Of a stretch of 27,146 bases of DNA, positions 22,200 to 27,146 are shown one piece after another (positions within the stretch are counted from its first letter, which is position 1; each line of letters starts with the position of its first letter). Both the position numbers and the translations under genes were made by a program. The notes beneath the pieces were generated by a model. The model saw nothing but the letters and a program-made list of their open reading frames with translations, did no database searches and was not told where the DNA came from. Origin of the DNA: Trichoplax sp. H2 (Eukaryota); contig NOWV01000252.1 of NCBI GenBank assembly GCA_003344405.1, positions 62,001 to 89,146 of the forward strand, written 5' to 3'.

Positions 22200-25100
22200 T
22201 TAATTTAGCTATCCAATATGAACTAAATTTCAAGAACTGTTATTACTTATACATGATAGCAGCTGTCGAAGGATATTGAAGCTCGGCAGATAGTTGAATA
22301 AAGAAGAGTTCTATAGTTGTTAAAGGTAGAAGCAAAGGCGTCTAAATTCTTACGAGATACTTAAGGGATACTGAATCCCGGAGACTAGTAATTTAGAGAT
22401 TTGTTTTTAAGTTATCTTTGTCACCATGCTGGTTTGTGACAAGGTACAGTACTGGTAGTGTAAGAAATACGTATCAACGAAATATTTCCGACTACTAACA
22501 TTTGAAATTACTTACCATAAGTAAATCAACTCACATTAACGACTTTAATATTATGGTAAAGCAGAAATATGCAGGATTAAAATTATTATCTAAGGATTTA
22601 AATATTTGCCAACAGTGACGCCTGCTAATAAATATTTGCCGATGAATGTCTAGATAACTCAAGTAAAATTCTATCAAATGTAATGAAACAAAGCCTACAA
22701 ATATATCAGTCATGCCCTTTTATATCATGGCGACATTTTTTTCATACTATTTAAGCACTTACTTCCCATCATAAACGAATGAAATAAATATAATGTTAAT
22801 CAAGATGTATTATAATTATATATTATAAGATTAGCGAATCTGCAATCTTAATAAGGTAGATATAATAATTGTCAATTGTGATGGTCACAGCTATCTGAGC
22901 AATTTAAAATCTTACCATTTGATTTATGCTATTATTAAATCTATAGCTATACAAATAGAGATTTCTTGTAATAAACCTATTTTATTGATGATCTGCAAAT
23001 TTTTTCTTTATAATCACCAAACTATGGATTTGCTAAATTATAAAGCAGTACCGTAATTAGTGTAGGTGTGATCGTCAAAATTCAGAGGTCATCATGCCGG
23101 TAATTGTTTAATTTCATAGCTGTTACGCTTATACTGTACTTTTGGAGTTGCTTACCCCTTGTAACTCATAGCGTACTAAGTAGATGGACAGAAAAATCAA
23201 TCGATACATAATGGAACACAGTATTAATACTACTATAGTTAAATTTAGACATGATAGCATAGAAACTTAATTTACATGTAAATTACGTACGATACTACTG
23301 TTATTCTGACATCTTCATTACATTTTGATCAGAAATTGCTAGGAATTTCTGCAATATCATGACTATGAAAAGTTTACATTCTTAACGAAAACTAAGATCG
23401 CCTTTAAAATTCAGTTAACAATTTTAATAATTAGAACGCTACAAATAAAATTTTAACCTACCAATTGTGGATATCTTTGTTAATCTATCTGCGGCTTTAA
23501 AATCTGAATAAGTTATAGAGCAGTAACTCTAAATTTTTCAGAAAGATTGCTGTTTAACAAAGTAGCGCGGCGATTTTGACTGATGCCAACCAAGCTCGTC
23601 TGAAATAATATCAGCGTTAGTCGAGGTTACTGTCACAATAAAGAAAGACAAGTGCAAGATCAATTCATCAGCGAAATTAAATCACGAGAACAGCCATTTA
23701 TAGATTCCAAATTTCCAAGTAATGTATTTGGAGAAATGTTTGCTAATAAGATTGAAAGTAATCGTATATACAAAGTCTAGTTTTAAGATAATATGGGATA
23801 GTTAGACTGCAAGCGATTATTTAATATTTCATAATGATCGTTATACTATCGAAAATGCATAAACTAGCATGATAGACAAACTCTGTAAATTTTATAGATT
23901 GCTAGGAAATAAAAGCAATTTCACGCCTAAAAATGATCGCTTTATATTGCTGAATGGGATATTAAATCTAATTTTGATCTTCTTATGTTTATAATTGTTT
24001 ACCTATCTGCGAGCGTGATTCGCACTATTACTAAAATAGGATATTATAAATAGTATTTTATGGAGGAAATATTATCTAATTCTATAGTATAAAATGACGT
24101 CAATAATCCATTATATCGCTAAAAGGTCAACAAAAAATTTCTTAGCTGCTTTATTTACTCAGAGCATTAATTGATTTAGCTCGGTGACTCCAACAAAACA
24201 GATATTAATGAAGAGCATCGATAACAATAACAACAGCTACTCGAAGAAAATCACCAAGGTACTAAATTAAATTTGGCAATTTCAATGGTGTATCAGGGCA
24301 ATATACTTTAGCTGTAAATTTTTCAAGACAATGATTTCTAAACTAGAGGATGTTAGTGTAATCTCTTTGATGATACATTAATACGATTTGGCCCAGAATC
24401 TAGCTATAAAAAATAAGTTATTTTATGACGAAGTAAACGCTTCAATTTGTACACATATAGAAATTTTACGTGTGAAGTGAGAATGTACAATAACTCTAGT
24501 AAAAGTTACACCGTCAGCAACTAATTGTCGTTATTTAATCCAATTCAAAACTGCAACTAACAAAATACCAACCATAAACAAATCTGAAGAGACGTATTTA
24601 CAGTCATTTCAAAATATTTTTCTGGCTAATACTAATTACTTTTCATGATTATGTATTCATCAGACTTTGATGATAGCATTCGTAAAGCCCAGCCGGTTAA
24701 CAGAATAAACTTTCAGAATCAATAATATATAAGAATAACTATTGTTGTCCAATTAAGTATAAAGATTTTTATTTCGAAGACACTTTACGTATATTAGCAG
24801 CTACTAAGATTTGTTAAATACTTTACAAACGCTTTTAACTGCTGTTATACGTTAATGTAAATCTTACTTAAGTCTCTATTGCAGTACATTCCTTACTATA
24901 GCTCTTTAATAAAAGACAAACTTAGAGTGAATCACTGGTCCTGAAAGTAAATTATTACTAAATTATAAGCAAATAAAGAATTAGTGTCGCGCGACAGAGA
25001 TATGATAACACGATAGTACTTGTCTAGATCAGTATGACTTATCTATCGTAACATGTTATGGTAATAATTTTCTTACTAATGCAAGAGCATAATCTACATA

Positions 25101-25900
25101 ACTGAAATGCTTCAGCCATACGGCGCTGAAACTTAGATAAGGCATTGCACACTACGTAATATAGTGAGTGTTCAAAGGAATGCTAAATTGCACACGGGCA
25201 GCCTTTTGGATTTAGAGAGGCAAAAACTTGGAGATCATACGTGTAAATTTGGAACTTAGATTTAGAGCTGAGACTGAATAAAGATAAGAGTAAAAAAAAT
25301 CCTTGTTCTTGTGAATTCGGGTAAAATTACATGTAGGCTTCTGCAAAGTGGGCCCAATTCATAACAATTGGCAGTGTAACTTTAGACCTATTATATTTAC
25401 GAAATATTAATGAAACCAGCATTTGTTATATACTGTATTTAATTGCGTAATGAGGAGAATCATTTCTGGAATCTATAAATTATTTTATTCATCTAAAATG
25501 CAAGATTCAGATTACTGTAATCTAATACGAAATATTGGAGCCGTAGTATACTACTTTTCTAATTAACTCTAAGACTTGGTACATAGGGATAGTATTTTAA
25601 TTTGAATTCGTTATCGAACAATGCGAGAATCCAATAATTAAGAATATAGTTTTTTAAATACTTCAATTAGTTGCAGTAAAGGATAATCTTCTGTAAGCTA
25701 GTATAGTCTGCAATACTGTAAAATGTCATCTAATAAAAATTTATAGCAAGAATGACAACTTAAAATTTGTGATATACGTGGTATATTGACAATTGTCACT
25801 TTCTATCATAGATATTTTTGTTAATAATAAAATTAAGGTTAATTATATGCGGTATTTGTATTAATTTTACTGGATATAAATAAGGCTGGATAGGGTAATT
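22200..25900 (+). mobile_element. Decayed non-LTR retrotransposon ORF2 (APE-RT-CCHC, L1/Tx1-like), fossil C
   Basis: APE motifs in one frame: GRSKGV*IL (22325-22351), NTYQ (22466-22477), NDFN (22538-22549), LINICR (L.D.WR-like, 22625-22642). Then TSHHK (SDH-like, 22761-22775). RT motifs in one frame: LYIAEWDIKSNFD (23940-23978), VYQGNIL (24288-24308), LFDDTLI (24363-24383). Zinc-knuckle-like CDIRG...H...C (25768-25821). Ends are approximate. Confidence 0.78.
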
Positions 25901-26850
25901 TATCTAATGGTTTTCAAAATATTTCACCGACAATCGTCGATGTTACATGGCTATAGTCTTGTAAATAGGCTATTACGTATATTATGATCTTATTTCCATA
26001 TCAGACAGCTTTTGAATTAAAGCTATTTGATTGCAGTATCAACATGTAGTTACAGTCGATAAAATTATCGTCATATTAAAATATATATTTTGCAAATATT
26101 TGTATGACATTGAAATTGCAAAATGATTGCTCATAACAAAGACTACAGACATAATTTTCGAAAAGTAAAATGCAAAACTTTCAAAACTTTCGTTCAATAT
26201 GAACAAGTTCATTATAGTTATCTAGCTTCATCAATTATTAACAACAGATATTTCTAGATTATCGATGCAAATTAAATTGCAGATTTAGTAACAATGATGA
26301 CAGAAAAAATTGGCGTAATCTACTAAAGAAATGCTATTTACGTATGCGGAAATAACTTTAAGATCCTACTATAACCATTAAAACACATTTAATTCCCAAA
26401 CTAAATAACAAAATCGAGTAAATCGATTCATTAGAGCCCTTGGTCAGAAATTTGAATTGTATAAGCAAGCCCAAGCGGTAACTAATGAATCACCGAATAT
26501 GAAGTATTACTTGTACGATGAACTCATTATTTAATCTATACGCTTATTCTGACAAAGAACGAAAACTATATTGGTTATTGAACATTGCCATTACATTTCG
26601 GGTAAGAATAAGGGGTTAATTTTATACTTAAATAAATAACATTAAACCAAGTTCTTTATTTCTATTAATATGTAAAAGTCAGAATTGTAAATAACAACTG
26701 CTAGTTTATATAGGTGTAAATCAAATCAAAAACCTGAGAAAGATGCATTTGTGTTAAGGTGCAAGATCTAGTGTCAGACTTTTAGAGTGACAATTAATTA
26801 AAATATAAATTATTATTAATTTAACATGCAAATAAAGGGCCATGGAAATC

Positions 26851-26900
26851 NNNNNNNNNNNNNNNNNNNNNNNNNNNNNNNNNNNNNNNNNNNNNNNNNN
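26851..26900. other. Assembly gap (50 N)
   Basis: Run of 50 Ns; the true gap length is unknown. Confidence 1.
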
Positions 26901-27146
26901 GTTAGTAATATCAACGCTGAAACCTGATAATGAATAACAAGCTGATTTTATCTACTGCTACCTAATGAAGACAACAGTATTTACGAACATAGACATCGAA
27001 TGACTAATACAAAATTGTCGGATTACAATATGTCCTATCACGGAACATTTCTATGATAATCTACAATCTGCCATAAGTAAATTACAAACACAGTGATTTG
27101 AGTTATAAGAAGATTATTCTCGATTCCCTAATTAAACTATTAATTT

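Noticed and set aside
2335..22713. The short 60-91 aa ORFs in the track
   Set aside because: Many start at non-ATG codons and have low-complexity, AT-driven composition with no domain. Some lie within LTRs, TE fossils or GPCR ORFs. 7319-7504 is best read as a piece of LINE fossil A.
23680..23720. Calpain-like FIDSKFP peptide
   Set aside because: It is an isolated match inside LINE fossil C, with no other calpain motifs.
23940..24383. Telomerase RT gene or viral RdRP
   Set aside because: Upstream APE motifs and a downstream zinc knuckle indicate a non-LTR retrotransposon. No T-motif or GDD/SDD was seen.
1..27146. CRISPR arrays, tRNA/rRNA genes, prokaryotic operons
   Set aside because: No repeat-spacer array or recognisable structural RNA was seen, and gene content and density are eukaryotic.

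Overview
AT-rich (roughly 70% A+T by eye) eukaryotic DNA, most likely an animal. Intronless, divergent GPCR clusters in this composition resemble placozoan (Trichoplax-like) genomes, but that assignment is an inference. Three intact single-ORF class A (rhodopsin-like) GPCR genes lie on the minus strand. One is an LGR/RXFP/GRL101-type 7TM with no ectodomain (945-2045). The other two are paralogous orphans that lack the Na+-pocket and NPxxY motifs (9012-10082, 18681-19799). The intergenic DNA looks empty in the ORF track, but manual translation shows it is largely decayed mobile DNA, all on the + strand. It holds two ~96.5%-identical solo LTRs (one with a perfect 5-bp TSD) and three APE-RT non-LTR retrotransposon fossils. 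It also holds a decayed ORF with ordered motifs of a herpes UL9/ASFV F1055L-type origin-binding SF2 helicase (~16340-17100), possibly preceded by primase remnants. Other features are a perfect 100-bp duplication, two small tandem repeats and a 50-N gap. The fossil calls come from motif reading across stops and frameshifts and need HMM confirmation.
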